From NCBI RefSeq assembly GCF_030684315.1, contig NC_081366.1, positions 45,298,078 to 45,362,077 on the forward strand: a stretch of 64,000 bases of DNA. Direction: 5' to 3'. The translations under genes were made by a program, and so were the position numbers. Below, piece by piece: positions 13,301 through 27,511 of this stretch (positions are counted from its first letter, which is position 1; each line of letters starts with the position of its first letter). Source of the stretch: Stegostoma tigrinum. Taxonomy: Eukaryota. A model generated the notes under the pieces. It did no database searches. It was not told the origin of the DNA and saw nothing but the letters and a program-made list of their open reading frames with translations.

Positions 13301-14089
13301 AGCTATAGTTGGTCAATTGTCCTTCCATTGCCACAAAATCTTCAGTTTTCTTAGAACATCCCTACCTAAATCCAGGACCTGTCTCAACTGCTGCAGAAAA
13401 GGCAATTACCCTTGACCTTTTGGTACTGGGTAGAAAGGAAGATTTTTTTTCTACTAGCTGGGATTTCTAAGACAAAAAGGGGACCACAATCAGCTGGTCG
13501 ATTCAATGGAGAGCAGTATGGAAGGTTGCTGACTTGTCCTGTTAAAACTTTGATCAGTTCTACAACGGCCATCTGTATTTCTAATTTAATTACTCATTTC
13601 CTGCCTCTGAATAAACAGCATTGCTTCACTCAAGTCAACATGTGCCATCAGAACACTACCTTCAACCTGCAACTAAAAACCCTTTATAGTATTAACTAAA
13701 ATGGTTCTAGTTACAGTCTGTGGGAAAACCATCTAAAATATTCAAGGTCATGCAATTAAATTTGTCCTTCCAAGTAAAACACAACTGCCTTAGATGGATG
13801 AAATTTACCCCCCACCACCCCCCAAATCTAGTCTAAAACCAAAAATGTAGTAATGCTTTGATTGAAGATGAGAAATACACTTAGTTTGCAATAATTAGTG
13901 ACAACTGAAATCAGTTTAAATATCTTGCACAAATATATTTATAATTGTTTCCCCAAAAATCATTGCAACAGGTAAGTTTGGAAAAAACCCCACACAGTCT
14001 CCCGAAATCAACTGCATAAATTAGACATTACCGAGTTAAGTGCTACAAAGTTCATTTGCACAGCTTTAAAGCTTGGCAAAAAGAGATTC

Positions 14090-14204
14090 TCAGACAACAA
14101 ATTTGTTTTTAACACCCAACCCACTCTTTGTTGCCGTGTCTGCATGTGCCTGATAACCAATCACAACCTTCCTGGGAAGACCAAGCCGTTCCTTGTAGGT
14201 TTTT
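14090..14204 (-). CDS. EIF4E1B: eIF4E family member 1B, coding exon 7 (last)
   Basis: Acceptor ctctctccttag. Translates KTYKERLGLPRKVVIGYQAHADTATKSGLGVKNKFVV then TGA. 115 nt. Confidence 0.95.
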
Positions 14205-14559
14205 CTAAGGAGAGAGAAAAAAAACAATTCTTAAATGCATTTTGTGTCCTAAATTACACCTGAATCATGTAGAATTGCATTCTCATTAAACATTTTTAAT
14301 TCAGTCACAAAGGCCCAACTTCTCTGTAAATAACACCCTTACCTCCAAGTCAGAAATTCAGGAATTCAATCAAAATTTATTGACAATGTCATGACTGCTT
14401 CTTCCATGGGCAAAACAGATCGATAACTAACCTGCCAAATCAGCTATTGCTTGAATTGCATAGTTCCACATTAACTATAAGTGTTGAAATGCCTGCAGTC
14501 CTTCCTGGACTTTGGCTAAAAAGGATATGGAACATGTCTTACTGATTAATTAGGCATTG

Positions 14560-15355
14560 TTAGAAAGTGTGCATATATTCTCAATGGGCAATTCAAAATT
14601 AGTCCCTTGGCATTGACCATAATATGAGCAGAATCAGGCCATTCTATCATGGCTGATAGATTTTTCAAACCCATTCTCTTGCCTTCTCCCTGTAAATAAC
14701 TTTTGACCCTCAAGAACCACTCTCTCACAGATACACTCACTCAATGACCTGATCTCCACAGCCTCTGGCACAGTTCACCATTTGTCTGAAGAAATTTCCC
14801 TTCATTTCAGTTCTAAAGGGTCATTCATTCACTGAAGGTGTGCTGGTGTCTCAGTATTTACTAGTGGAAAGATCATCTGTGTCCACTCTATGCAGTCCTT
14901 AGTATTCTGTAAGTGTCAATGAGATCCCCATCATCCTTCCAAACACCACTGTGAACAGGCCCAAGAGTCCTCAAAATGACCTTTATGACAAGCTCTTCAT
15001 CTCCAGGGAAGATTTCTGTCAGCCTCTTCTGTATCCCCTCCAAAGTTAACATGTCCTTCCTTGGATATGGAGCTTAAAACTGCTCACTATATTCTAAATG
15101 CAATCTGACCAAAGTCTTATATAGCTTCAGCTCTTGTTCCCTAGCCCTCTTGAAATAAATGCTAACATGGCAGTTAAGGCAAATGTAAACTGAACCTGCA
15201 TGTTGACTTTGGAAAATCTTGAACAGGACTCCCAAGTCCTTTTGTGCTCAAGACTGCCAAGCTCCTCCCCCACCCCTGCAACCATTTAGAAAATATAGTC
15301 TATACCTCTATTCTTCCTACCAAAAAAGGTGTATAACCTCACTTTCCCACATTAG
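14560..15355 (-). mobile_element. Degenerate CR1-type LINE 3' fragment
   Basis: The reverse complement shows the decayed LVRxHLEY..QF.AP motif and a CR1 3' UTR. Confidence 0.7.
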
Positions 15356-17507
15356 ATAAAAGACATGCAGATGGAATACACAATCTCCTAGCTTGTCCCT
15401 TACAAAAAAGTATATTTAGCATGGGGCAATAACAAAAAGAAATGCTTAACATATCCCAGGAAACTAGTTTTAATTATTCTCACCATTGAAAATGGTGAGA
15501 ATGTGATGTTATGACCTAATTTGTTAGTAAACAAGCGTACAAAATTTGTCCGAGGAACCTTACCATTTTGACAAAAATTCGAATCTTGGAATACAAGTAG
15601 TCATCTGTTTAACATTGGAAGATAGTACAAAAAGAAGAAACTTATTTTTACAAAGTAAGTAAAACAATGGATTGTCTCAGGTACTACAAGCTGTTTTCAG
15701 AGCACAAATGTTGAATGTAGAATGGAGAATGGGATGGACAGGCTTTGTACAAAGATTGGTTTGTAAATACAAAGCTGAAAACTCAAACAACTTCAACCAC
15801 AAATGTATTCATAACATTGCAAGTCTTTCCAATGCAGCCTGTAATGAATAAATAGTGAGGAATAGCTTAGCTACACTAAATCAAGGCATCAGCAATCAGG
15901 GACCAATTCAATGCAAGTCCATGATCACTTATGGCCTCTTAGCTGAAGAAAGTAGGATTTACACAGCAAAACAGCCAGCCAAAGAAAAGCCTCAAGCAGG
16001 AGTTGCATAGTTTTGATAACCAAGTTTGCACAATGCAACAAAAGGAATGCATTCTAAACACCCTTATCTTTAATTTGGCACTATTTGTGTGATGGTGCAA
16101 TTCAAGTGGGAAAAAAACCATTGTTTTCTTATACTTTTCTCACCACCCAAACACATTCACAGATAACTTCACCCCTTCAGACTGGGCAGAACTTCATGAT
16201 TTAGTAATATCCATAGAGTCACCTGTAGCTATGTCCCTTCCCACTCAGTCACCTCTGCCCTACAAGGGAGGTATTCTGGACCTCATTTCTTCACAGCACT
16301 TTAGCCTTCAAACTGAAAAATCATGCTACAACATGCAACTTGATCTCAGCAGTCCTGATGTCAGACTGCTTGTCCTCTGTCCTCTAAATACTGGAGAGAC
16401 TGAAGCCTATATATATATTTGCGTTCCATTGCAAATTCAGCTCCCTTGTCACCATTTCCACCTTCTGGGGAACTGCTTACAACTAAACCAGAACATTAAC
16501 AACTTGGTATCATGTTTGGAAAAATGAGCTTGACCACATGTGCTGTAGTACCAGAATGTTTGCTTTAAGTCCTGTAATATTAAAATCAGACTGGAATCTT
16601 GCCTCAGTTCCTGAAAATCCAGCTACAGTTACCCTTATTTTCTTTATAGATATTTCAATCTACCATCCTCCAGCTTCTACAATATTTGACAAAAGCACTT
16701 GTAGCTGCACACAAATTTGAATGTCTCATCATAGTTTAATCCAAAAAGATTCATCCCTCACTGTTTCAAAATTAATAGTATGAATAGAAGTCAGAAGTTA
16801 TGAAATGCAAACACCTCCTGTTGCTTCATTATAGATTACAATGCATTCAGCTGCCTAGATCAGAAGGTCTGGAATTCAATTCCCCAATTAACAATGTCTT
16901 TCTAAATGTTCCTTACATTAGAAAACAATTAGAAGAGAGAGATAGGTGTGAATCAAAAAAGTAAAATTGTAATTATCCTAATCAGTGTCATTTTATGGTG
17001 TTAAAAGGACACAAGTGCAAGTGGACTTAAAACCTTTTGCAGAATTTCAACTCAATATTTAAGTACTATTACAAGCTGGGGGTGTGAAATAGTTCAGTGA
17101 ATTTTATTAGAATTAAACGCTATCACAAAAACAAATGGTTCATGCCCTAAAGCTTAGTGTAGTTTGCCGTCAGTTTGAGGGCTTTGCTAGCAAATCCCAA
17201 AACCCAGCTAAAGTATATTATTTAAATTAGGGCTACAAATAGTGATAAAGCATTTACAGAATAAAAGGGAGCAGAAAGTCAAGTCTTTGAGAAGGTCTCA
17301 AGTTGTTTTAAAAATGACTACAACCAACAAAAAGCAAAACCAAAGATAAATTGATAGCAACCATTATCATAAGAGTGCAGACAAGTGTCTAACAGATGCA
17401 CATTTTCCCAGTATAGTGTAGAAGGGAATGGTTCAGAGACAGGAAAAGAGATGCAATCTTCAAACTAAAAAAAATAAGAAAAATAATCTTATAGAGCATT
17501 AGCTTAC

Positions 17508-17647
17508 CCTATGTATAAAACTGCTTCTTCATTTTCTGTGTCACGGGTCCATATTGCTATTTTATCCCCTTTTGCACGGACATTAATTACTGCACCGCAC
17601 ACATCATTGCTATAATCATCAAAGGCTTCTCCGATAAGGCATAGCAA
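17508..17647 (-). CDS. EIF4E1B: eIF4E family member 1B, coding exon 6
   Basis: ag/gtaagc borders. Translates LLCLIGEAFDDYSNDVCGAVINVRAKGDKIAIWTRDTENEEAVLYI(G). 140 nt. Confidence 0.95.
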
Positions 17648-18138
17648 CTTAAGGATGTTAAATGCAAAGAAATTAATACAAAATCATATTAGTTACCTGC
17701 ACTTTACAAAAATTGAGATGCAGCAGGTTATAATTGCATTACTGCATTTAGGTCTAGAGGTTCTATTTGAAAAAACACTAGTTCAATCCAGGCACACCAC
17801 ATTTAAACATTTCAGGTGATCTGAACCAATGGCTGCAGTCACTTATATAGGAAATAGAATAGCCAATTACTTGATGATTCTCATCGATTTGAGGCATAAA
17901 TATCAGAATACCAGGGATAATTCCCTTGTTTATTTGTTTTGAAAAGGTGTGCCATAGGACCTAGAGGGTACAAATGTGCCATGTACAACTCATGCCATTA
18001 CACAGAAAATTAAAGTGTGTTAGTCATCTATTGCAGATATAATTGTTTAAAGAGGATAAACATTAAGCATTGAAAAACCTAAAGGACAGAACATTATTTT
18101 GATGTTCCACCAAAAAAAACACTATTTTATTAACTCAC

Positions 18139-18252
18139 TGTTTCTAGCCAGTACTGATCTAGTTCCAGCATTCTTTGTTGTTTAGACAGTGTGATTAACC
18201 ATCTTCCACCACATTTGTTTCTATTGTCTTCCCACATGGGTTCAATACCATC
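18139..18252 (-). CDS. EIF4E1B: eIF4E family member 1B, coding exon 5
   Basis: tag/gtgagt borders. Translates DGIEPMWEDNRNKCGGRWLITLSKQQRMLELDQYWLET. 114 nt. Confidence 0.95.
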
Positions 18253-18970
18253 CTATGTAACAATAGGAATGTGTAGTTTAATTACTAATTTGAAGACTGC
18301 TCGTAAAGCAGTTTCAAATCTTAAAAATCAATTATAAAAAAGGACAGCGCAAGTGGTGAAATACATTAATACAAGCTGATAATTTTTGTATTTTACATAA
18401 CTGTTTACTTTGGGCAAAATTATTTATTTCCAACAACTCAATCATTTAAACATGCAAGTACCAATGTAACAAAATGATTTGATAATCAGAAATGTCTTAG
18501 GAATTTCAGGTCACCTAAAAGTCAAAGTGAGCAAGTACATGAGCGAAACAGATAGACTAAAGTTAAATAACCCTCAATTATAACAAGTTCTCATATGGAA
18601 ATTCCTGTTAGTGAGAGATGCTTTTTTAAAAAGTCTTAGTTTCCCTGTAAGTACAATCTTCCAAGATTATAACGTTTTTGATTCACTGAGAAATTCCTGC
18701 TTGAGCAAGTGTTAGGCATAGGCACTGATTTGTGCAAACAGGACTTTGCCTGAGAACAAATAGTCAATTATACTGAATATCCCTTCTTAGAATTGATAAG
18801 TAAATTTCTATTTTTCCCCCTCAGTTCCTCATGGGGGCACTATAGACAAGACTAAATAATTCAGCAATGATCTTTCAAAGAGACCTTCCATGATTGTTAC
18901 TAGTCAGGGAGTTAAGTGCACAAAAACTGAATAGCATCTGACTTTGCATAAATAATCAAAACATACAAAC

Positions 18971-19034
18971 CTTAAAGAGAGAGTAATCACAACCTGACAT
19001 CAGCCTACTGGCAAGTTGAATGTGATTGTACAAT
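18971..19034 (-). CDS. EIF4E1B: eIF4E family member 1B, coding exon 4
   Basis: tag/gtttgt borders. Translates LYNHIQLASRLMSGCDYSLFK. 64 nt. Confidence 0.95.
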
Positions 19035-19454
19035 CTATTGAAGCAATAAACAAAAAGAAAATTCAGTTGGAAAAAACAATGTTTAAAATGGTCACAATTC
19101 AGCTTTTATTGGGGGCGGTGATGATATCAGTGAACAAATTAATTCCAAAAAAAATTAAAAATACTGAATGAACAAACAAAGGTCCCCCTTTCTAGTAATC
19201 CATGACTACCAAACAGTACATGAATAGAGTCAAGAATGAGCACAGTAAATGACAGTAGTAGTGCTGGAAATGAAAAGCACATTAAAAACAAGTTGCTAGA
19301 GTACCAGAAAGCTAAATCAAAGAGCCAGAGGTGAAAACAATTGACAAGAGATATTGGTGATCAGTGATAAGATCACAAACAGGAGCTCAAAAGTTTACCT
19401 TATCTAACTGGCAATTAGAAGTATTAAATTTCACATAACATTTCAAACAACTGG

Positions 19455-19720
19455 GATGGCCTAGTGCGGTTGGTCACTGGATTAGTAACCCAGAGACCCA
19501 GGTAATTTTCAGGGAGCTGGGTTCAAATTCCACCATGGCAGAATGGGGAATTGAATTCAATCCTTTCTTTTAAAAAAAAAGGAGGAAAATCTTGAAAACA
19601 GTCTAATGCAGACCATAAAATCCATATGGCTCTTATCTTACCCCAGGTCAGGTCTATATTAACTTTATACTCAGCCATGCAGTTGACTGTTAACTGTTCT
19701 GAAGTGGCCTAGCAAGCAAG
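19455..19720 (+). mobile_element. tRNA-derived SINE remnant
   Basis: ggcctagtg...actggattagtaacccagag...gggttcaaattccaccatggcag head. A related copy lies at about 57430-57690. Confidence 0.55.
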
Positions 19721-19729
19721 AGTCACACT

Positions 19730-21200
19730 CAGAAATACAGCATCGAAACAGACCCTTTAGTCCAACTCATCCACATTCCCAAATTTATCTAGTCCCAACT
19801 GCCTGTGTTTGGCCTATATCCCTCCAAACTGTTCCTATTCATATACTTATCCAAAAAGGCCTTTAAAAATGTTATAATTGTACCTGCATCCACCACTTCT
19901 CCAGTAGTTCATTCATGAAACACTAAATAAAAAACATTGCTCATGTCCTTTCTATATGTCTCTCTTCTCACTTTGAAAAGGTGCGCCCCCCCGCCCGCAA
20001 GTCTGGAAATCCCCCACTCCAGTGGGAATAAAGAGACCCTTGCTATTCACTTTATCTATGCTCATTATTTTATAGAAGCTTTAAAATTATGTCACCCCCC
20101 CCTCCATCAGGGAAAAATGTCCCAGCCTATTTGTAATAATCAAACCCTCCATTCTCAGCAACATCCTGCTAAATCTTCTGACCCCTCTCCAATTTGATAA
20201 TATTCTTCCCATAAAAGGGGCAGCTGTACACAGTACTCCAGAAGCCTCACCAACACCCTGGAGAACCTCAATGTGACATTCCAAATAGTAAAATACCTTA
20301 AAAAGTGAACAGCCAATCTACACCCCTCATGATTTTATAAACTCAAGTCACTCCTCAGCATTCAACCCTCCAGGGAGGATAGTCCCAACTTATTCAGCTC
20401 TCCCTATAGCTCTAACCCTCCAACTTGGAAACATCTGTGGGCAAATCTTTTCTGAACTCTTTTCAAGTTTCGCTTTTCTATAAGAGAGACCAGAATGGGA
20501 CTTAGTATTCCAAAAAAGCCTACTCAATGTTCTATACAGCTCCTAACTCCTATATTCATGCACTGACCAATAAATGCAAGAGTGCCACACACCACCTTCA
20601 CTACCCTGTTTACCTGCAACTCTACTTTAAAGAAACTGCACCCCAAGGTCTTTGTTTAGCAATGCTCCACAAGATCTTATTATTAACTGTATAAGACCTG
20701 CCCTGATTTGCCTTACCGAAATGCATCTCATCACACTAATCCAAATTAAGCTCCATCTGCCACTCCTCAGCCCATGTGCCCTTCTGATTAAGATCCTGTC
20801 ATACTGAGATAAGTATCACTGTCTGCTACACGAATTTGTCACCTGCAAGTTCACTTTTAAAAAAAAACAAAAAGCAGTGGACCCACCTTGTGGCACATGG
20901 CTGGTCACAGGCCTCCAGTCTGAAAGGCAACCCTCTGCCACCAACCTGACTCCTATCTTCAGGGAAGTTTTGTTTCCGAATGGAAAGCAGTCCCTCTTTT
21001 CCACATAATCTGACTTTACTGACTAGTCAGCCTTGTACAGCCATGTCAACACCCAAACATACAATGTCTGCCAATTTTCATCGCTTCAAAAAAACTCAAG
21101 TGAGACAGGGCTTGTCACACAAAGCCATGTTGACCATCCCCCAGTCCTTGCCTTTCCAAATACACACAAGTCCTGTCCCTCAGATTTACCTCCAAATTAC
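19730..21200 (-). mobile_element. Nested degenerate CR1-type LINE fragments
   Basis: Minus-strand motifs such as EGCLSDWRPVTSHVPQG and a CR1 3' end. Confidence 0.7.
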
Positions 21201-24200
21201 CCACATCTCCCTCACACAAAACTATGCTGACGACTCAGATTCATCAACTACTAGAAGAACGTGAATGAAACCACAGACGTCCTGGTATTGACAAAACAAA
21301 AAACCACACACACAGTTCTGTCGTCAACCTTGCAACATCCTCCTTACTAACATTTGGGAGTTAATGCCAAAATTGGGAGAACTGACTGATTATTCAGCAA
21401 TAATCTCAAATAGCTAAACTCAACAAAACAATGTAAAGTCCCAGACAATGCTATCCCTAGTTATGTTCTATTCCACTAGCCATGGTGCTGGAACAGTGGT
21501 GTAGAGTCAGGGACAAGCAGTCCCAGAAGCCCAACATCAATGCTGGACCTCAAAATCTCACAGCATCAGGTTACACATGAACAAGGAAACTTTCTTTTAA
21601 AAAAAAAGTGTACCAACCTTGCCTCCTGACCCTTGACCTGACTAGCTGAATTTCTCCAACACCCAGTTGTTTTAAGTTACAGTATCAGTAAGCAAGCACC
21701 ACATAGCCTTTGTGGAGAAAGTACTGTCAATTTAAATATAATGTGTTGGATCACAATAATTGTATAATAAGAGGCATTGATCTGGTGAAACACCACAGGA
21801 TTACTGCATACCATGCAGCAAATGATTGCTAGATAAGCAATCACACAAGTGGGTCAGGTCTACACACTGGTCCTACTTCATCCAATCATGAAAGGTAATG
21901 GACAATGCAAGAGTTTACTGGAGATGGCTAATCCACTAATAGCATCTTCACTGGGGGAGGAGAGGGAAGCAGGCACAGCACATTAGGGCAAAGAATAGGA
22001 ATGAAGCACTGAAAGTGAGTCTTCAACCAGATTGTCCATCCAGTCCTCCTCCAGAAGTCACCAGCATCATGGATGCCAGGCCTCAGCTAATTCAAGTCCA
22101 CCATTATAATGGAGAAACTGAAGGGTCAAGATGCTGCAAGGCAATGGGTTCCAACAATGTTGCTGGAACAGTACTCCAGAATTTAACACACATTTAGCCA
22201 AGTTATTCCAGTACATATACAATGTCATTAGACAAGGCAGAAAATTACCCACATCCAGAAAGCAGAACAAATCCAGTCCAGCCAAATATCACCAATAGTC
22301 TACCCTCAGTCAACAGTAAAGTGATAGATGTCAAACAGCAACATGCCAAGCAATAGCCTGCTTATTGATGCTCAGTTTTTAATTCCAACAGGGCCATTCA
22401 GCACCCAACCTCATGACCTATGGTTCCACTATTAACAAAGAGGCAATCATGACTACCCTTGACATAAGACACAGGAGCAGAAGGTGGCCATTCAGCCCAA
22501 TGAGTCTGTTCTGCAATTCAATGCAATCATAGCTGATTTGATCCACTTTTATCCCCATAATCCTCATTCCCTTATCATGGAGTCTGGGATTCATATTCTC
22601 AAACAGTTGTAACTCAGCCTCAACAACCCTCTAAAATAAAACAAATTCCAGGAGTTTACTACCCTCCAAGAGGGCATTCATCCTCATCTGTTTTAAGAGG
22701 GTGACCCCTTTACTCAGATTATGCCCTGTCTGGATAACAAAAAAAGGGGGCAGGGTGGAATTCCCTTCCCTTCTGTCAAGTAGAGGAATCTTGCATGTTT
22801 CTATAAAGTTGCCTCTTTTCTAAGAGAGAAAGAATACAGGCCCTACCTCTCTTTGATAGAGGGTCCCCATACACCGCATCCACATAATGAACCTTTTCAG
22901 GCTCGCCACCAATCCCAGTATCATCTTTTAGACAAAAAACTGTTCAGTATTCAATCTGAGGTCTAACTATACCCTTGTTTCGTTTCAGCAAAATCCTTCT
23001 ACTTTTATACTTTAATCCCTCTGAAATAAAAGGCTAACATTCCATTTGCTTTCCAATTACCTGTTGAACTTGGGTGCCAGCTCTTGATACCCAAATCCCT
23101 GCTCCATAACTTTCTGCCACCTTTTGTGACTTCAATATTCAGCTCCTCTATTCTCCCTGTCAAAGAGTGTATAACACCACATTATGTAGACTATGATTTT
23201 GTCAACTTGATTAATCAGTTTATGCCTCTGCAGACCATCATCCTCACCATTTTTGTCATCTGCAAACTTAGCAATAGCAGATAGACTTGGAGGAGGAGGA
23301 ACGTCTTCAACAATGTGTTCTGAATAGTTGTCCAGCACTGACCCTTGTAGCACTAGTAACAGGATGCATTCCAGAAAATGATTTCCTATTAGTTAGCCAG
23401 TCTTCCATTCATGCTAACGTAGACAATCTCCCACACCAGGTTCCTTTATCTCAAATTAGTTTAACATATGGTAATTAAAACCTTAAAATCTAAACATATT
23501 ACATACTAGAATTAAAAGGAAAACAGCATAGTTGTGTCAGGCATGGTTTCCCTTTCATGAAGCTATCATATCTCCACTTCACATTATAACTTCTAGATGC
23601 TCTTGCTATCACTACATGCCTTATACCAATTCTCAGCATAGAATCCCTACACAGTGAAAGAACATGCCATGTAGCCCAACAGGTTGACACCAACCCTCTG
23701 ACAAGCATCCCACCAAGAATTATCTCCCTACCCTATCCCTGTAACCCTGCAAATCCTATGGCTAACACCCCTGGACACAATGGGCAAATGAGCATGGTCT
23801 ATCTACTTAACCTGCATATCTTTGGACTAGGAGAGGTAACCGGAGCACCTGGCAGTGCCTGGAGAACTTGCACGGTCACCCAAGCATGGAATCAAACCCA
23901 AGTCCCTAGCACTGTGAAGCAGCCGTGCTAACCACTGAGCCACCCTTATAATGGACATAAAGCTAACAGGCCTACAGTTGGCTGTTTTTTGGGGCCAATC
24001 CCTTTTAAGATTAAAAAAAGTAGTATTATAATTCCAGGTTTTACAATCCTCAAAGTTTTCCAGAATCTAAGAATTCTTGGAAGATTACTACCATTGCATC
24101 CAATATTGCTGTAGCTACTTCTTTCAATAGCCTGTGACGTATCCCATCAGATCCAGGGGATTGAAGCTGCATTTGATAACAAAACTGGAGTCAATGAATA

Positions 24201-24790
24201 TCAGAGGAGAAACTCTCCTCTGATTAGTGTCATACCTGGCCCCATGGAAGATGGTCACAGTTGTTGGGAAGTCAATCATTTTAGGTCTAGGACATCTCTA
24301 CACAGGGTAGTTCCTCAGATTTGTAATCTTGGTACAACCATCTTCAGTTGATTCACGGATTTGTGGCAAATGGCACTCACCACACAATTGATAGGTAATG
24401 ACCATTTCCAACAAAGAAAGACAGAATCTAACCATTGCCATTGAATGTGAAGGGCATTACTAAACTCAACATTCTGGGGTTACTATTAACCAGAAACTGA
24501 AAATGGACTATTCATTTAAATACAATACCTAAGAGGGCAGGTCCAAGGCTACAATGCTGCAGCTGTCCTCCTGACTCCTTTGTCCACCATCAACAAGGCA
24601 TAAAATCACATGTATGATGGAATATGCATTCATCCACTTGCCTGAACAAGTGCAGCTCAAGCTTGACACCATCCAAGGCACAGCAGCTGAATGTTGTTTA
24701 TGGATGTATGCAGTCAGGAAAGTAGCTCACCATCACTTGCTCAAATGGTAAATTGGATGGTCAATAAATGCTGGCCCAACTTGTGACACC
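21200..24790. mobile_element. Cluster of nested degenerate LINE fragments in both orientations
   Basis: AKFADDK and QGSVL motifs on the minus strand (about 23130-23350). Plus-strand LINE pieces resemble 1600-2875. Confidence 0.6.
23638..23945 (-). mobile_element. HE1-like tRNA-derived SINE
   Basis: The reverse complement starts gtggctcagtggttagcacggctgcttcacag...gggtttgattcc and ends tgtagggattctatg. Homologous to 40675-40970, 43710-43980 and 44678-45018. Confidence 0.8.
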
Positions 24791-25657
24791 CACATCCAAC
24801 AAATTAATTTTAAAAGTGTTTTTTTGAATGGACATGTGAGTTCAGCATTTTTGTCCCACAATAGACATTTACAACAGCACAAAAAGAACTTAAGTTGAAA
24901 AAAGTGCAACCAATTCAGGTTCTTTGAATCACGTACAAAGAAAGAGGCAAAAACTAAACCTTCCAGAGAAATAATACAAAATGAAAAAACTTTGAAGTTG
25001 TCCCTATATTAAAAGTCAACAAGTTCTTAATGTTCCTGAAAAGCATGAATTTAGCCCATTTCCACAAGCAAGCAGTTTTAAAAAACTAACCTGGTGACTT
25101 TTTTGCATACCACACTCCGTTGTCTCAAGGCAGTCATTGGTGTGTTGTTGCCACATAACATTTGAGCAAGAACAAACAGAATATTGACCTATTAGAGTCC
25201 TTTACATTGGCCAATTATCCACAAGGGATCATTACTTTTAAAGCCAATTAAAAATATGCTACAAGCCTGTTCAAAAATCCAGTACATCACTGGTAACAGA
25301 GCACAAAGGTAACAATGTAAACAAGACATAGCTGTACAATAGAACCTCACCAGAGCACATGAAGTTGAGCACCTATCACATCGAAGACAAAAATTCACAA
25401 ATGTCACAATCAATTTTTAGGGACATAGCTTTCAGAATTTTAAGATTCAGATGTTGAACAATTTTGGTCTAATTTGTCTCAGATCAGTTGTAGTACATGC
25501 TTACCACTAATGAACAAGGTCAGCTGGCCCTAAGAAGTCTGCTTCTCAGCTCACTAAGTCAATAAAGGTTTCATTCTAAACTTGAAGGAACAAATCTTCC
25601 CAAGTATTTTCCACTTCTTGAAAAACACTTCTGTTCTATTCTATTTAAAATACTTAC

Positions 25658-25753
25658 GCCCAAAAATCCTCCACAGTGTCAAATTTAGTAACAAGACGAA
25701 GATTTGCCTGCCAGGCCTTACTTTTATCATTTTTGAAAAACCAGAGAGTCCAC
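25658..25753 (-). CDS. EIF4E1B: eIF4E family member 1B, coding exon 3
   Basis: cag/gtaagt borders. Translates WTLWFFKNDKSKAWQANLRLVTKFDTVEDFW(A). 96 nt. LVTK is 1B-like (LISK in EIF4E). Confidence 0.95.
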
Positions 25754-27511
25754 CTGTATTCAAAACAAGAATAGGTGAAGTGAAATATTCTGGACAATTT
25801 ACAACAATTTTACTGTTTATTTTGAATCATCAACCAAGTGCAATTTGCTTTAAATGATAGTTAATTTGCAATACTGTCAACTCCAGTCCCATGAAGTGTA
25901 AAAACATTCATGCATTACTTAAAAATTATAACAATATGGATACAAAAATTAGTTTGGCTTTCATAAAGTAAGTGTAGTCACAAGAAAAATGGATAACAAA
26001 GATCCTGCATCCCAGGTAATAAGTAAACTCAACTTAAGAACACTTTCAAAACAAAAACTTGCCAAGGCTCAGAAAATGTCAAACACTCACCATTTATGTC
26101 AGAGTTATTTCTACAGTAGTCAGATTAAATATTACAAATACACAGTTCCTGCTTTTGTCAGGGTCTATATTTTCCTATGTCTTGATGCAGTATATGCCTA
26201 ATCACTTTACATGGCAGGGAAAAGGTAGTGCTGGAGAGGGATTATTCAACTGATTACCTTCCAGAGCTGCATGTGCACATCAAGAAGTGGACCCCAGCCG
26301 TTCATAAGGCTAGCTCAGTACTATGGTCGAGACTAGTTAGAGATAGGCAACACAATATTGGCTTGCCTACATCCCAATAATAAAGATAGATTTTAAAATC
26401 TTAGTCTAGATGCCATGATTGCACTACAGATACACACTGCAGGTTTTAGAAAAAAGGTGGTGATGAATCTAACTAAATTTCTGAATGTAAAAGGCTAGCA
26501 AGATTGCGACCAGTTTCAACTATCACCCTTTGCCAAACTTATTTGATTTCCTTTGGATAGATAAAGTTAGATTTACCTAAAGGCTGTATGGGAGTGGAAA
26601 AATGGTTAATGGTCATTGCACCTTATTGGTCAATAGTGTGCCAGACAGATTACATCAAGAAGTTTTAGACATTTATTCTTATTGGCCCCAAATGATAGTA
26701 CCTTTATTCAACTTAGTAGATAAAACAAACAAACGTCTTGATCCTCAAAACAGTGTACTATGATTGTTGCTATTGTCAAAAGAGAAAGAAAAATAACTTT
26801 CATATCAGAAAACTGGTATTTGTGTACTCAGATGGTCCAAATAGATTTACACATGTAGGGAATATGATAAGTACATTTCCCCACAAAATTCCAGACCTAA
26901 TTGCATTTTGCCAGAATCTAACTTTCTATTGTCCATGACAAAGGCACCATCAGCAATCAGTTACTGAAAGACATACAAATCAACTTCATCTAGCAAGTTA
27001 AATAAAAATTACATCCCTTAAATTTCTACATTCCTCCAGTCTGGTTTCTAACACATCCAGAAGTATTAGCTGGACAAATGGTAACTTTTCCGAGGTCAAC
27101 TGAATCCCTAGATTCAAAGCTTTTCAGTTCCTTAAACCATCAGTTAAAGCGTAGCCATATGGTTCACAGACAAGTCGACTTTATTTATGAAGCACTTTGT
27201 AGCATTTTACCCCAATAAGAAAAAAGGCATCATTTACATCTGGTAATGTGTACCTAAGTATTGTTTGTTAGCTAACTTGTGATCAAAAATAGCATTGTTT
27301 ATAATGATGGCAAATTCAGTCAGATTAATTTCAATGCTGTTCGTGGAGCTCATGTATATGGCAGACTACAACAGGTAGCACCAAACAGGCAACGTTCAGT
27401 CCAATTCTACGTTGAAGTTGATAGAGGTGTGAAAGAAGGAATAGAAATGCTAAGCAAACTTGATCACAATTTAAAATGATCTGTACAGACATCAAGCAAA
27501 GCTAGCATTAA

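Noticed and set aside
25091-25188. Cryptic exon-like segment in an EIF4E1B intron (tag ... cag|gttagt on the minus strand)
   Set aside because: Weak polypyrimidine tract, in-frame stop and no eIF4E similarity. The CDS is complete without it.
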